Of a stretch of DNA of 64,000 nucleotides, positions 38,550 to 51,963 are shown in pieces (positions within the stretch are counted from its first letter, which is position 1; each line of letters begins with the position of its first letter). The DNA is from Vicugna vicugna (Eukaryota): positions 62,001 through 126,000 of the forward strand of contig MU057941.1 in the NCBI GenBank assembly GCA_013265495.1. The letters run 5' to 3'. The notes under the pieces are model-generated. The model did not search any database, had not been told where the DNA came from, and was given only the letters and a program-made list of their open reading frames with translations. The translations under genes were made by a program, and so were the position numbers.

Positions 38550-40000
38550 GCCTTCTTTTCAACTATATTCATCAACTATAAATGAATTAGTAAATATAAA
38601 GGAAAAAAAATCTCATTCAAGTAGTAACAAAAAACTCCAAAAGATTTAGGAATAAGCTACTAAAAATGACCAAAATATACATGAATAATAAAACTTTACA
38701 GGACATAAAAGAAGATCTGAATAATTTAAAAAACTTTATCACATTCCTGGATAGAAAGATGCTACACTGTAAAGATGTCAGTGCCTTCTAAATTAATCTG
38801 TAGGGTAAATATATTGCCAATCAAAGTTTCAATGTAAAATCTAAATCGCATATGCTATACAAAATTAACTGAAAGTGGATCACATATCTTCATGCAAAAT
38901 ATAAAAATATAACGCATTTACAAGGTAACAGAAGAGAAAATTTTTGTGATCAAAGGGATCTTGGTCACGATACCAAAAGCAAAATCTATCCAAAATCAAA
39001 AAGATAAACTGGACTTTATCAAAATGTAAAACTTGCTTTGAGAAAGACACCGTTAAGAAAAAGAAAAGACAAGACACTGACTGGGAAAAAATATTTGCAA
39101 ATTGCACATCCAACAAACAGGGCCTGCTACATGATTTACGGAACCCAGTACAGACTGAGAATGTGGGATCCCTTGTTGAAAACTTGTTAACAGTTTTAAG
39201 ACTGCAACAGCAGAACAGTAAGGGAAGCATGGGGCCCTGTACGACTATGCAGGTCACACTCCCATGAAGACATCTTTGCCAACAAAGGATTTATATCCAA
39301 ACTATACAAAGAACTCTCAAGACTCAACAGTAAGGAAACAGATTAACCCGTTTTTAAAATGAGCAAAAGATCCGAACAGACATTTTCACGACAGAGGATA
39401 TGAGGACGGCAAATACGGACATGAGAAGTTCAGCACCATGAATCAGTAGGGACATGCAAACTAAAACCACCATGAGATACCACTGCGCACTGATCAGAAT
39501 GGCTGAAATAAAAAGCACTGACAATGCCAATGGCTGACGAGGATGCGGAGGAGCTGGAACGCTCACACGTTGCTGATGGGGACGCAAAACAGAACTGCTG
39601 CTCTAGAAAACAGCTCGGCAGTTTTTACAATTAAACATACACTTACCATGCGACCTAGCAACCCCACTTCTTGGTATTTAGCCAAGAAAAATGAAACTTT
39701 ATGTTCACACAAAGACCTCTGCAGGAGTGTTTAAGACAGCCCTATTCATAGAAAGTGACCACAAACTACAAAGAACCTAAATGTCCTTCAGCAGAGGAGA
39801 ATGAGTAAGCTGCGGTGCATCCACGCCACGGAATATCACTTAACAATAAAAGGAACAAACTCAAGAGCTTGGGTGAGTCTCAATGGCACTATGTTGAGTG
39901 AGAGATCAGTCTCAGAAAGTTATGTACTAATCCATCTATGTAACAGCTTCAAAAAGACAAACTCATAGTGATGGAGAACAGACAGTGGTTGCTCAGGTCA
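38550..40000 (+). mobile_element. Old L1 (L1MB-like) ORF2/3' region
   Basis: gataaactggactttatcaaaatgtaaaac...aaaaccaccatgagataccactg...atgttcacacaaagacct. Confidence 0.8.
39118..39278. mobile_element. MER45A-like hAT-Tip100 MITE nested in the L1
   Basis: Starts cagggcc; flanked by an exact 8-bp duplication CCAACAAA (39110-39117 and 39279-39286). Confidence 0.8.
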
Positions 40001-40033
40001 TACTCACTGTAGTCAGAAAGATCAGAAGACCCA

Positions 40034-40669
40034 GAAAGATCAAGCAGGATAATGTGGGGTCTTCCCAGGTACAGACCCCCTGCCACCCTGTGTCCCTCAT
40101 TTCTTGTTTGTAGAAAAGCTTTAGCCTCTTAGGCCTCCCCCAAGTTCCAAAGAGCAAATATAATCAGAGAAGTAAGACAATGCAAAAACAAAGGAAAACA
40201 GTCAAGCAAGACAAAACAGTAATAGTTTAGCCATAAAACAAAGTCAAGGAACCCTAGTCCCTCCTCAGGGGCTACAGGTAATATCCTGAGCCATATTCTT
40301 GACTTGTTTCTACAGAAACCAGGTTCCTACCAGACGAAACTGCTGACCACTAGCAGGAAGGCCCAAGAAAGATTGGAACCAGAAGGTTGATGACTGCGAT
40401 TCCCCAAACATCATCCTATCACCTCACCACGCACCTGTCAGAGAACTGTGCACGAGCTGATCACACACCCATGACCCTCTCCCTCACACGGTCCCTAAAA
40501 ACCCCTTCCTGAAAGGCATCAGGGAGTTCGGGTCTTTCGAGCATGAGCTTCCCTCTCTCCTTGTTTGGCACGCTGCAATAAATGATGTCCTTACCTTCAT
40601 CACAGCCCGGTGTCAGTACATTGGCTTTGCTCCACGTCGGGCGAGTGGACCCAGTTAAGTTCGGTAACA
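40034..40669 (+). mobile_element. ERV solo LTR (copy B)
   Basis: Homologous to 1746-2359; retains AATAAA (~40577); ends ttcggtaaca. Confidence 0.8.
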
Positions 40670-41159
40670 AGCTCAACATGGTGAGTTCTCCTGAAGAAGA
40701 AAACAAAGCAAGATTTAATTAACGAGGTGAAGACCTTAAGGTTTTAAAAGTCTGATCTTTTGGCTTGTTTTCCAAAGTTCTCCCATAACCTAAATCACTA
40801 GCTGGAGCTATCAGAAAAGCCTCCAGTGCATCATTTATTAAACTGATGCCCTGCAATAAATGGCACCTTTGAAGGGAGTGTTCACCTTCCAAAGGGCTTG
40901 TTATACTGAATTCCTATAAAAGTCTCCAGACACTGAGATATACAGTTGCTCATTACCCAGAGCGTAGGCTTCAAAAATCACATTCTTTCTCTTATTTGAC
41001 AACTAATTTTGAGTCCTGACTGTATGGTGGGCACTGGATAAAGAATGGTGAGCAAACCTTAACCATACCCTTCACCTCATGGAGTTTGCTGAATAGTGAT
41101 ACTTTTCCCATACAGGTTCCTGAATTCTATCCCATACTTTCTGAATCAGAATCCCCAGG

Positions 41160-41375
41160 GCAGTGATTCTCAAACTTCAGTGCATCTCAAAATCAGATTG
41201 CTGCCCCCTCTACCTCCAGAGTTTCTGATTCAACAATCTGCATTTCTAACAAATTCCCAGGTGATGCTGACGCTGCTGGTCTGGGGACCCCATGCTGACA
41301 ACCACTGGCCTGGCACACAGAACCCAAGCATCTGCAGGTAACTCTGATGTGCGTCCAGGGTTGAGAATCACTGGG
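41160..41375. mobile_element. MER5A-like MITE(s)
   Basis: cagtgattctcaaacttcagtgcatc...tctgcatttctaacaaattcccaggtgatgctg...ttgagaatcactg. Confidence 0.7.
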
Positions 41376-41679
41376 GTACCATTTGCCCAGCACTGTGTTG
41401 GTTGCTGTTGATCAGGGAATTTCAAAATAAGCACAAGTCTAGTCCCTGCTTCTAAGAAACCCACACTGAGATGGGAGAGATAAGACACAAAGCTGAACTC
41501 TACCAACAGCTGAAGTGCCTTGCTGGGTATTACCCTACACACACAAAAGCTCCAGAAATGTGGGTTCTCCATGGACACTGGAACGGGTAAAGAAATCCGC
41601 TGGTCTTGAAAACTGAGTGCTGTTTGGATAGGCAGAAGGACGCGGCAAGCTACTCCTGGGAAATTAACTTAGAGTCTAC

Positions 41680-42020
41680 TTTCTTCCAATACGGTGACAA
41701 ACCCCACTACTAGCAGCAGTCCCTGTAACTCTGCCACCAAAAGAAATCACAGGTATTTTCATGCAGTTCAGTAGCTGCAGGCATTTCAAAATATTGTTTA
41801 CAGACATCACCACTTTGAAATTGTAACGGTGACAGATCTGCCTCTAGATCTTATATGAAATGCAAATACATTCGCTTCTTTTATCAACACAGCTTTTAAA
41901 ATATTTTGACAACTGTATTTCAGTATAACTTGGTTTCTTCGAAATATTATATGTTTCATTGTAAGCATTTAAAACCATTATTCTGGGGAGGGGTCCATGG
42001 CACAAAAACAGGTGAAGACA
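41680..42020. mobile_element. Non-autonomous hAT-Charlie-like element
   Basis: acaactgtatttcagtataacttggtttc...cattattctggggaggggtccatggcacaaaaa. Confidence 0.5.
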
Positions 42021-45000
42021 GCATTAGCAGTGCCAGTAGCTGTGAGAAGCAGAGTAAGCAGAGGATAGTGAGCAGGGCATGGAGCTGGAATTAAAAGTAA
42101 ATTAAGTTTGAGTTGCTTGGGTGGGGCCTTAAAAACCAAGGAGCGAATCCGTAACGTTTGGTGGATTGGCTGTCATCTAAGTTATGTGACTATCGGCTTC
42201 AGTTCTGACTGAACAGCTGCATCTGGACTTCTCAAACTTTAGCACAGATGAGAATCCCATGGAGAGCTTAAGAACATAGATCCCGGGGCCCCACCTGCAG
42301 AGATTCTGATTCGTAGGTCTCAGGTGTGTGTGGGGGGGGGGCAAAATCCACATTCCTCATGAGCTCCCAGGTGACTGACCACATACAGTGGTCTGTCCAC
42401 ACAGACTCCGCTTTGATTACCTCTCACATACTTAATGGCATACAGACAGAAATGTCAAGTGTAAGAACAGCTGTATCTTGTGTTAATGCTTTCCTGCATT
42501 GCGCAGTATAGTGCAAGTGAAAAGTGGGAAAGAAAAAGTGTCCCATGGCTAAATAAGTAAATGAAAAACTTAGAACAATAAAGCAAGACTTACGCTAAGA
42601 ACCTTTGGGAACGGTCCCTCTTCAGGAGAAGGACATGGTGGGCTGTCATGCTGGACTAATAGTGCAAAAGACACATTTGGAGTAAAGAGGGTCTATGGTA
42701 TGTCTGGAAGAACTCCCCCAGGAGAATACCAAAGCAGTCTACAGATAAGGAAGTTGTTCATAGCCTTTGCCCATGGGTCTCGAGCAGCTCAACAAAAATT
42801 ACAAGATTCAGCTGAAGACAGTTTCAGTTTCAGTTTCCTTATTTCACCGAAATCATTGATTTTCCTGAATGTGAACTTAGAATCACTTGTTCTAGTGAGA
42901 CCGTAGGGGAGCAGGCCTGTCTGAACAGCCAGCACCCCATGGTGAGACTGAAGCACCCGTGCAAGGTGGGCGGCGCTGCCCGGCCCCCCTTCCCCTCACC
43001 GCACAGGGCACTCTTCATCAAGCACATGCACGCGTGCTGGGCTCACGTACACACACAGTGCACCCACGGGAGCATACACCCACTGGCATCTAATCTTCAA
43101 TCCTTCGCTTCTTCATGTAATTTTTACCTTGAGGACCGTTCAAAGGTGGCCGGCTAACACTTTCCCATGAGGATATGACCTCCCTTGGGGGTTTCAACAG
43201 TTACTTTTATTCTTATTGCTCAAGGGGGAAAGAATACAGAATGTGAGGCTTGAGCCTCCTGTGGGGCGATGGAAACACAGCAAATGCCTGTGTTCACTGA
43301 CAGTTTTGTAAAAGGGACAAAGAATGAGAAAAGCCACTCAAACGCCTGCCATTAAGTTTTTCAGAGAGGCCAGACAAACAGCTGGGTCACCACAGGGGTC
43401 AGCTTCCCGAAGCTTGGCCTGTGGCTCTGTTCCCTCCAAAGCACGCCTCCCGCGTCCGCCAAGGGCCAGCCTGTACACAAGGCTAGTGCTTTGGATGACA
43501 TTACCACCCTTTCCTTCAAATAAAAAAACCTTGTTCCTCGAGACCTAAAAATACTCCTTGGCCTTGGAGCTCAGCCTTGTTTTCATCAACGCCTGTCCAC
43601 TGGACCAGCTGCTCAACTGGGACAAGCCAAAGGCAAGGAAAAAGAAGCAGTTTTGAGGAAGCTGAATCACATTTGGTTCTCTTTGAAATGTCCAGTTCAC
43701 AGAAAGAGTAAAAATCTGTCCTCCTTTGAAACAGGAGAATTCCGTTCCCACCCCACACTCACCTCTTTTTAAAATTTTTTTTTTTTTCTGAGGGGGATGA
43801 TCTTGGGCAGGGCAGAACAAATATTATTTTGATTGAGTTTTTTTTCCCTTGCAATTAGTACAAAGGAAAACAAGATGGGTTAATTGACTACTTTTTTCAT
43901 TCATAAAAATTGACTGTAAAAATATCACAGTCAAATGAAATAAAATTTTCTCAGAGAAACACTGGGTAGATTTTATTTTACACTGTGTGTGAAATGATTT
44001 TAGTGCTCAATGGTACAGCATTCTAAATTCATGGCGGTGTCGTTTTGGTTAATAGCCCCATATTTGGGGGGCCAACCATCTAGTTTATTCAAGTCAAACT
44101 TGGGTGTCTAGCATTCGAGCAAGCACTCACCTTGCTGTCACATGCCGTGAGAGGGTCTGAGAGGGCAGCGTAGGAGCTGGGCAGAAGTCACAGCTGTTCC
44201 CAGCTTCGAGTGGGAGGAAGGATCGTGGTCAAGGGAGAGGGTGGGAGTTAGGTGTCCTGACAGTGTGATCAAGCATGGTCCGGAGAGGAAGAGATCAAGG
44301 GCAAATCAGGGGCAGAAGAGGAGCCAAACAGTGAAAGGCTGTTGTGGTGAGTGTGGATGGGGGGATGGAAAACCAACTACAGTGCAGAATCGAGTGAAAA
44401 ATAAAGAAACTGGAGGGCAGAGGGGTCAGTGGTTCAAGGACAAAGGGAAAAAAGCTCCTGCAACAGGTGCTCTAGTCAGTCTCATTTGCAATTTGGAGAC
44501 AAGACGTTCCGTTCAGAATGGGTTAGTCACAGGAACAGCTTCTGACATATCTGCTCTCGGTCTGTCTCCCTGACACATCCATTCAACTCAGGTCAGACAA
44601 GACAGCTCCCTCTTCCTCAGACGTCAGACTTCCCCTCTTCCCACCTTGGTTCTTTCTGTTTCTGTTCTTGCACCGGAGTTTCTTTCTCCCTGGATCCCTA
44701 CCTATCACATCCTACCCACCCCTTCATGGACCATCTCAGGTGTCACTTCTACAAAGCCTTCCCTGGTCCCTCCACCAGATCCCATCTCTGCATTAAAGAA
44801 ATACGTATGTACTGCTACATCTGGTGCACGAACTCTGAGGTGATGGAGAGAACAGGGTAGCAAAGGGTTTGGGGGAAGGCCTTTCCAGCCCATCTCCTCT
44901 GGAGGTGCACACTTAATACTGTCTGCATTCCAGAAAAACTCCTGTCCTATTAGTATGTCATTTTTACCTTCCCCACAATGCTGTAAGATGTCTGGTTAAG

Positions 45001-48000
45001 GCTGGTAGTTTTATTAACTTATGTCCTAATTGTCTGCCTAAAGGAGTTAAAGAAATTCTGGAATGAACAGTAATCAGAGTTACATGTATTAGGCATTAAA
45101 AGCAACAGAGTGGGAGCAGGAAATCTGAGTCCCTCTCTGCTTACGCAAGCCATTTCACACACCTTTTGAATCACGGTTTCTTCAAATGCAAAATGAGGAG
45201 AGTTCATCTGCCCCATCCGCATCCCAGAGCTTTGAAAGTCAACAGTGAGATAAGGCCCATAAGATGTTTACAGGCTACAAATGCTATGTACATAGAAGCA
45301 TTATCAAAATAATGTTCATTTATTTTTTCAGTTACTCAGCTAACATGCATTGATACCTACTATTTGACAAGCAGGAGACTAGAGACCGTATACATACTTA
45401 CACACTCGTTAACTGAATAATTAAAATAGCCTGATACAAGTTGGTAGGTAAATGTTGAGATATGCAGAAGTGAATGCATTTTTCTCTGCATCCACCATTA
45501 AGATACAAATTATCTCGACTTTCATTTTTTGTTGTTCTTTCCCCAAATTTCTAGACTATCCATATACCTATATCACTTTTCCAATTTGGAAAACAAACGT
45601 TGGTTTAATCTTAAAGGAATTAAGTTATTCTTCTCCTAAATTTCTCCATGAAGGGTCACCAAAATCCCTCATCTACATACAAATTACATGCTTTGTGCTG
45701 ACGGAATTGCTGGCGGTGAGGCACCACGTATGGCCCACCTTATTCTCTTCTAAGTGCTTAATAGGATGCTTCGCACACAACAAGACTTTGTACTCCTGTA
45801 CTTTAGCACAGTGCAGTTCCAGCAACTCCCTGCACAGCTCTACCCACGAATGCTCGCAGATACAAACTGGCCCTCTCCCACCTCTATTTCAAATTAGGAC
45901 CAAATAACGTAGTATGTGAAAGCTCACATCTGCAACAACCAAAAGGAACCACCAATGTATGACAAAACCAAGTTAGAAATGGCTTTTGAATGATCCTCAC
46001 TGTCTCTGCCAATAACTTTAAATTACAAGCACTCCCATAGGCCTCTTGCTAGCCATTTCCTTTTTTCTTTATAAAGCAAAGTTCCAGGAAATTCTATGAC
46101 TAGGCATTTGGAAGTGTAAATTTCTACCGATGGGACTTTATACACAAGGGTTGCAAAGGGACCACGTTTGAACCGGAGAGCCAACACACCCCAGGAAAAA
46201 AAAAAATCAACACCCACAGTTCTCAACATGTGGGCTGACGGAGCTGGAATCTAGTTGACGGAAAAGAGAGAGAAGGGGCCACCGAGAACTCACGTCTTGG
46301 GTCTTGACTCCTCTGGGGCTTAGTCTCTCCTCTCTTTCGTTCTCTGGTCACGTTTCTTTCAATCCTATCCGTTATTTGTTGCATTTTTTTAAGAGGGATC
46401 CTCTTTTGATGAATCATCACTTTGTATTTTTAAAGCAGTTATACATGCACCCAGCAGGAAATTCAAAAGGTACAAAAGGTCACAGTGTGAAACCTCAGTC
46501 TCCCTCTGACCTTGCTACCATCATTGGCTGCTTCTTCCCCCCAGAAAGCACTAGGTAACCGGTTTCTTGAGCATCCGTTCTTTTCATTTCTACCACCAGC
46601 TCCCTAGACCAGACTCTCATATCTTCACAACTATCTTAGTGTAAGCTTGTCTCTTACACCTGCCTGTCTCTTTCCAGGCCAACATTTCCTTTCTCTAGCA
46701 GGTAGAATAACTGCAAAAATAAGTCTGAGTAGGACCTGAGCTGGATTTTGATACACACGAGACATATGAATGATATGAAAGAGGACATCCCTTTCTGGTG
46801 GCAGTGGGGAGCTTACCTGAGAGCCTGGCATATAGCAATGCTCTACACATGTTAACTGGGTAGTTGAACTAACCAATGACACAAGCATGTCTTCTCACAG
46901 GAATCAAGAAGGAAACCTCTTCACCGCAACAGAGTTCACAGTGAGAACTAACAAAGGATGGGGCCACAGAAGCCACCACTGTTACTATCTGCAGAATTAC
47001 TGCTGTGCTCCAGACACTTCTACGGTTCTACGCATTGTACTATTTATTCTTCAAACACCCTTATGAGGTATCACTTCATTATCCATTTTATAGGTCAGGA
47101 AATGGAGTCTACTGGGGGAGGTTTAGTAAATTTCCAAGGATACCCAGCTGGTGTGTACTCAGAGGTCAAATCGAGACTCCAACTGTTGGGAACAAGAATG
47201 ATTAGGATAAAGAAACCTGGAACATCTGGGAATTTGTCAACTTGAAATTTGGGGGACTCTTTCTACACGTTGGCATCATTCTAGGTGCTGATGAAGATCA
47301 AACAGATGCCTAAAACATGGGTCCTTCCCTGCAAATCACTTGTACATTGTATTTTTTAAGCCTGTTATCACATTGTTTAGAAGGTGACTCAAGCCACTTC
47401 ATTCTGCTTTTCTGCTCTTCCCAGCTAGATTACAACCTTCCGAAGGCAGAGTCGGTGGCTGCCATTCCCTTTGAACCTTCTGTCACCGCACAGACCAGGA
47501 TTCACTCCTGAGCTCCTTCCATTCCTGCACTGTCACTAGACCTAAATGTGACAGATATCCCAAAGGCTCAGCACTGGAAAGTCAAGAGCTCCTGACTTAT
47601 TACAGCAGCAGTCAAAATAGTGGTGACATCAAGAACAATTCCAGAGGCGGATGTGTATCTCTGACTTGTCTGCAGAATGGAAAAGCAAATTATCCTGGCT
47701 GACGTTTTCTTTAAGCCCTAGTTCTCAGTGAACATCTACCAGCGACAAGTCATGAGCCACAAGGCATAGGGAACAATTCAGAGTCTTTCTCAACCACTGG
47801 CCATGAGAAACCACTGGCTTTGTATTTCCTTCTTTACACTAAAATATACATTAGAGACTTGTACCAGTAAATACAGTATCCACCGAAGGAGTTTACAAAC
47901 TGAGGGAGCAGAATATATAACCATGACATGATTAAAAGTGAAGGACATTTTGTAAAGAACATAAAACAAGAACTGTTTAATGAAGCATAGAAGAAATGCT

Positions 48001-49659
48001 TCAGGAATAGAACAAGACACATCAAAATACTGGTTTGGGCACTAGAAATGGCTGCCGAGTATGGGGAAAGAGAACCTCAGCTCACCTTAAAGGAGAGCTG
48101 CCAACTACTGAGTCTTAGCATCAGAAAGGTTACAGATGTGTCACGAACTGTTGATCCCTCAGTCACGGGGTGGCTGGATGGGCAGAGAGGCCAGAGCCCT
48201 GGGAGGTGGTCTGTAGCTGTGAGAAGCCTAACCCGGGGCTCCCCAGGGGGTAGCCTGCGCCAAGTCAGAGCTGGACGGCATACCCTGCCATCCTCAGAGC
48301 AGGCAAGCACATTTACCACATGCTGAGTGGAACCGAGGAGGGCAGGGACTTCAGAGGCCAGCAGAGAGTGTGATGCTGCCAGCTGCAGGCAAGAGACCCC
48401 TGGAGTCTCTGGGAGGGCTGGTGTTCAAGGATGCCTGGAGCAGGGCATGCAGCCAGAGTGCAGCCAGCCAGCCCAGGGTGCTGGAAGGCCAAGCGGATCG
48501 TCCCGGTGGAGACAGCTCATAGCGGGAGCTCCGAATCTCGCACTTTGACTGTATCAGGCACTTCCGCGTATCTGTGGCTGATGTGCCCTTTCAGTTGGGA
48601 CCAACCTAGCGTCAGGATGACTCCTTACTTAAACATGTGGACTTTCTGAAGGCTAGACCTTCATCATCTTTTGAAATATTTGATATGCAAAAGAGTTCAA
48701 GTAGATTCAAAATTTATTCTCATTATCCTAGAAATTTCAACATTATATTTGTGAGTGAAGGAAAAAGAAGAGCTATAAATTTTTTAAATATAATTTCAAC
48801 AGTAGTAAAAAAAAATACATGGTTTTACAGCCTTCTTGTGCAGTTTCTCTATGATGCTAATTATCAAGCATGCAAATACTGTATGCCCTTATTTTAAAAA
48901 TTTTGATCAGGAAATGCGTGTCATTACTTGAAGTATAAAGCCAGATAAAAACAAGTTTTGTCCATGGCATCTAGCTGAAATTTCTCCTTAAAAGATTAAA
49001 CAAAGATACTATTTGGAAGTTTTAGACACATTCAATATTTTTAAATTCTCCTTAATGCTGTGTATATTATATTTATTATATTTCTATCACATAAAGAAAC
49101 ATAATGACATGGTCTTACCACAGCCTGTATATACTAACCAAACCACACCCACATTATTCTGGCGCACTGCACAAATGTTATCATTTTTTCTTGGTGTGCT
49201 GATATGAAAAAAATGTTGGGAAGTATTCCCTAAAAGCACCTTTAGATATTTAGCCTTCCTTTTTGCAGGCAAGTCCAATGAGTGGGTGGACAGGAAACAG
49301 TGTGCTATGTAAGAGACCAGCCTGGGCAAAAGCAAAACAGGCAGAGAGTAAGCAAATTCCCAAAACCATGAGAGCATTGGGACGAAGGGAAGATTTTCTT
49401 TTTAAATCATTACAGGATGGCACATAGCTTAATTCCGCAGGGCTGGAAAGAAAGGATCAACAGGTGAAAACCTGCCCTGACAAAATTCAAATAAATCTTT
49501 GTATTTAACTTCTCTCATTTAATCTGTTAAATATGAAAAGTGATGCAAGACAAGCCCGAAAGGCATGCCCAGCAAGGCCAGGAGGAATTCATGAGAGAGG
49601 CCAGGTATTCTGGCTGCCCAGCCACTGCCTTTATCCACCAGCCTGAACCTTCCTTTCAG

Positions 49660-49878
49660 ATCATCTTCTCAAATTATCCATAGGAGATTTATCCACATAC
49701 TCAATAAGAAAAATATTTCTAATTATATCCAACCATTCTTAACATGAATGAGAATTATGCGGGGACACAAGATTGCCAAGACTTTTTTTGCCAAACAATT
49801 CCTTTTGACTTAAGAAAGAAGAGGCAGCTGCATTGTTTCCATAGCTATCCATATAAAAAGGCCCTTGGAATGAGGCTG
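49660..49878 (+). promoter_or_regulatory. MYH2: MYH2 proximal promoter
   Basis: TATAAAA at 49852-49858, E-box CAGCTG at 49825-49830 and TGCCAA half-sites (NFI-like). AT-rich elements TCTCAAATTATCCATAGGAGA (49667-49687) and ATTTCTAATTATATCC (49715-49730) resemble the AT2/AT1 boxes of fast MyHC promoters. Confidence 0.85.
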
Positions 49879-49905
49879 ACTCGTCCTGCTTTAAAAAGCT
49901 CCAAG
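49879..49905 (+). other. MYH2: MYH2 exon 1 (non-coding, start approximate)
   Basis: Starts about 27 nt after the TATA start; donor CCAAG|GTAAGT at 49905/49906. Confidence 0.8.
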
Positions 49906-50132
49906 GTAAGTGGGAACAGGGCTAGACCTTGAGGAGGGACACTGGCCACACCGCCCAGCGTCGGCTGCAGCTGCTGGTGCTGGTACTGCTGCTTCTGGTG
50001 CTGCATGTTTCACATCCATGACTTTGGTCGCTTTCTGTTTACAATAGCAAGGAATGCCACAAATGGGAGTTTGGGTTTGGTTTGGTTTGGTTTTGGTTAA
50101 CTAATCAAGTGCTTACCCCTTTTCTTTTATAG

Positions 50133-50175
50133 AACCGCCTCACTTCCAGGCTGCATCTTCTCACTTGCTAACAAG
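50133..50175 (+). other. MYH2: MYH2 exon 2 (non-coding, 43 nt)
   Basis: Acceptor ccccttttcttttatAG|AACCG; donor ACAAG|GTAAGA. Confidence 0.85.
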
Positions 50176-51668
50176 GTAAGACTTGGACTAACCAGTCCCT
50201 GGAGGATGGTGTGAGAGCCTCTGGGATGGATGTGTGTCACTTAGCAACCTTTGAGAAACGGCTTGTCTCAGTAAATACTTTAGCAACTATGCTTCAGGAA
50301 AGGAGAGGGAGAGGGAGGAACTGCCTTTTAGGACAATGCACACAGTCTTATTTAAAACTCGGGCATCGGTGGCATCACATTTCAGCAAGGGAATAGTTCT
50401 TAACAGAATATCATTTTGTTTCTGTAGGAAAAAAGATTTGCACAAAGATTCCTTTGTTTAAAATCTCAAATGTGATCAAAATCTATTCTGCTATAGAATT
50501 TATTTAGTAAACATGATAACGAACAAGCAAGAAAAGAAGTACCTATGTAAACACTTCCTTTCTTTCTTTAAAGCCTTCTAAACAGTTACCTTACCCAAGG
50601 GGGAGTCTTGTGTGAAACCAAAACACTGATATTTTGTCAACAGAAAATAAAGGTATTAATCTGCCCTATTGCTGCACTGCATTTCTAAAGAGAGGGGCTG
50701 CTGGATAGCTGATTAAAATGACTTTCAAGTAACTTGATCATGTAATGACCGCAGTAACATCCTTTGCCAAACCTTTCATTCTACTGATGCCACCGGCAAC
50801 CTGCAGATAACACAGAACAGAGCAGCCCAAGCCTGCGTCCTTTAGAAGGAAAGGTGGGACAGCGAAGGGAGCCTTCGATGTGGAAGAACAAGGATAATGT
50901 TTGCCGTGGCTTTTATGCCTCAATTAGTTTAACTGGGTTAAACCGATTAACTGGATTTAATATGCAAAGAAATTATGCTACAGAAACTCTACTAAGCCAA
51001 CTAAAAAGAAAAAAAAAGTAAATGAAATGATAATTCCCCCAAATCCACTGAATGTGAACACCTGTGGCTGAATGTCTAAACGAGGAAATAGTTCTCTTAC
51101 ATTATACAGCAAGAAATGGAATTCCCAATAACAAATGACATTTATAGCTCAGTGGTAGCCTGAACTATTTCAAATTGCTTTCTCAGCTATTATGTTAACT
51201 TTCCCCCCAGAATGTCTTCACTGTATCTCACGGTCACAAATTAAGAAAGGCAGATACTGTGATTCCTATTCTCCAGATGGAGACGCTGAGGCTCAGAAGG
51301 CTCAAGGGCCTTACCCAGGGGCACAAGCTCCTTAGCAGCCTGCAAGGTTACAACCCAGCTCCGTGATCAGAACATCAGTCTTGAAGGGTGAAAGAAGATA
51401 ATGGATGTAAAACCCTGAGTACAGTGTTGGTGTGACCCCAACACACAGTGTTAAAATACAGAGTGCACTGAGACCCTCAAGACCTTTGAGTCCTTGTGGT
51501 TATGTCTGTTTCAGTAACTAGAGCACAGTGTACAGTGTACCTGCCTGGGGGAACTTCCAACTGGGCTCATGAAATATCATTAATGTAGAGATTTACTGAT
51601 AGAGCTGACAATCCAGATCTCTAATATGAACTGTGTCATCTCTTTTAGGACCTCTGAGTTCTGCAGCC

Positions 51669-51872
51669 ATGAGTTCAGACCAGGAAATGGCTGTCTTTGG
51701 GGAGGCTGCTCCTTACCTCCGAAAGTCTGAAAAGGAGCGCATCGAGGCCCAGAATAGGCCCTTTGATGCCAAGACGTCAGTCTTTGTGGTTGATCCCAAG
51801 GAATCCTTTGTCAAAGGAACTATCCAGAGCAGAGAAGGAGGGAAAGTGACGGTGAAGACCGAAGGAGGAGCG
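51669..51872 (+). CDS. MYH2: MYH2 exon 3, coding part (exon starts 51649)
   Basis: Kozak GCAGCCATGA; 204 nt, MSSDQ...TEGGA; donor GCG|GTGAGT. Confidence 0.95.
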
Positions 51873-51963
51873 GTGAGTAGGGTCCCAGGAGCTGACTACA
51901 TTCCACTGATGATTTCGTTTGGTCACTCAATTGACATAAACAGTCATCTTTCCTGTTTCCCAG

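Noticed and set aside
1746..40669. A single provirus bounded by the two related LTRs
   Set aside because: They are 38 kb apart and diverged, with no gag/pol or obvious primer-binding site inside.
1..49600. Numerous 60-155 aa ORFs in the intergenic region
   Set aside because: No recognisable protein similarity or exon chain; many overlap L1/LTR/MITE remnants or start at non-ATG codons.
51143..51160. tatagctcagtggtagcc, resembling a tRNA 5' end or A box
   Set aside because: No downstream B box or cloverleaf; too short to call a tRNA or SINE.
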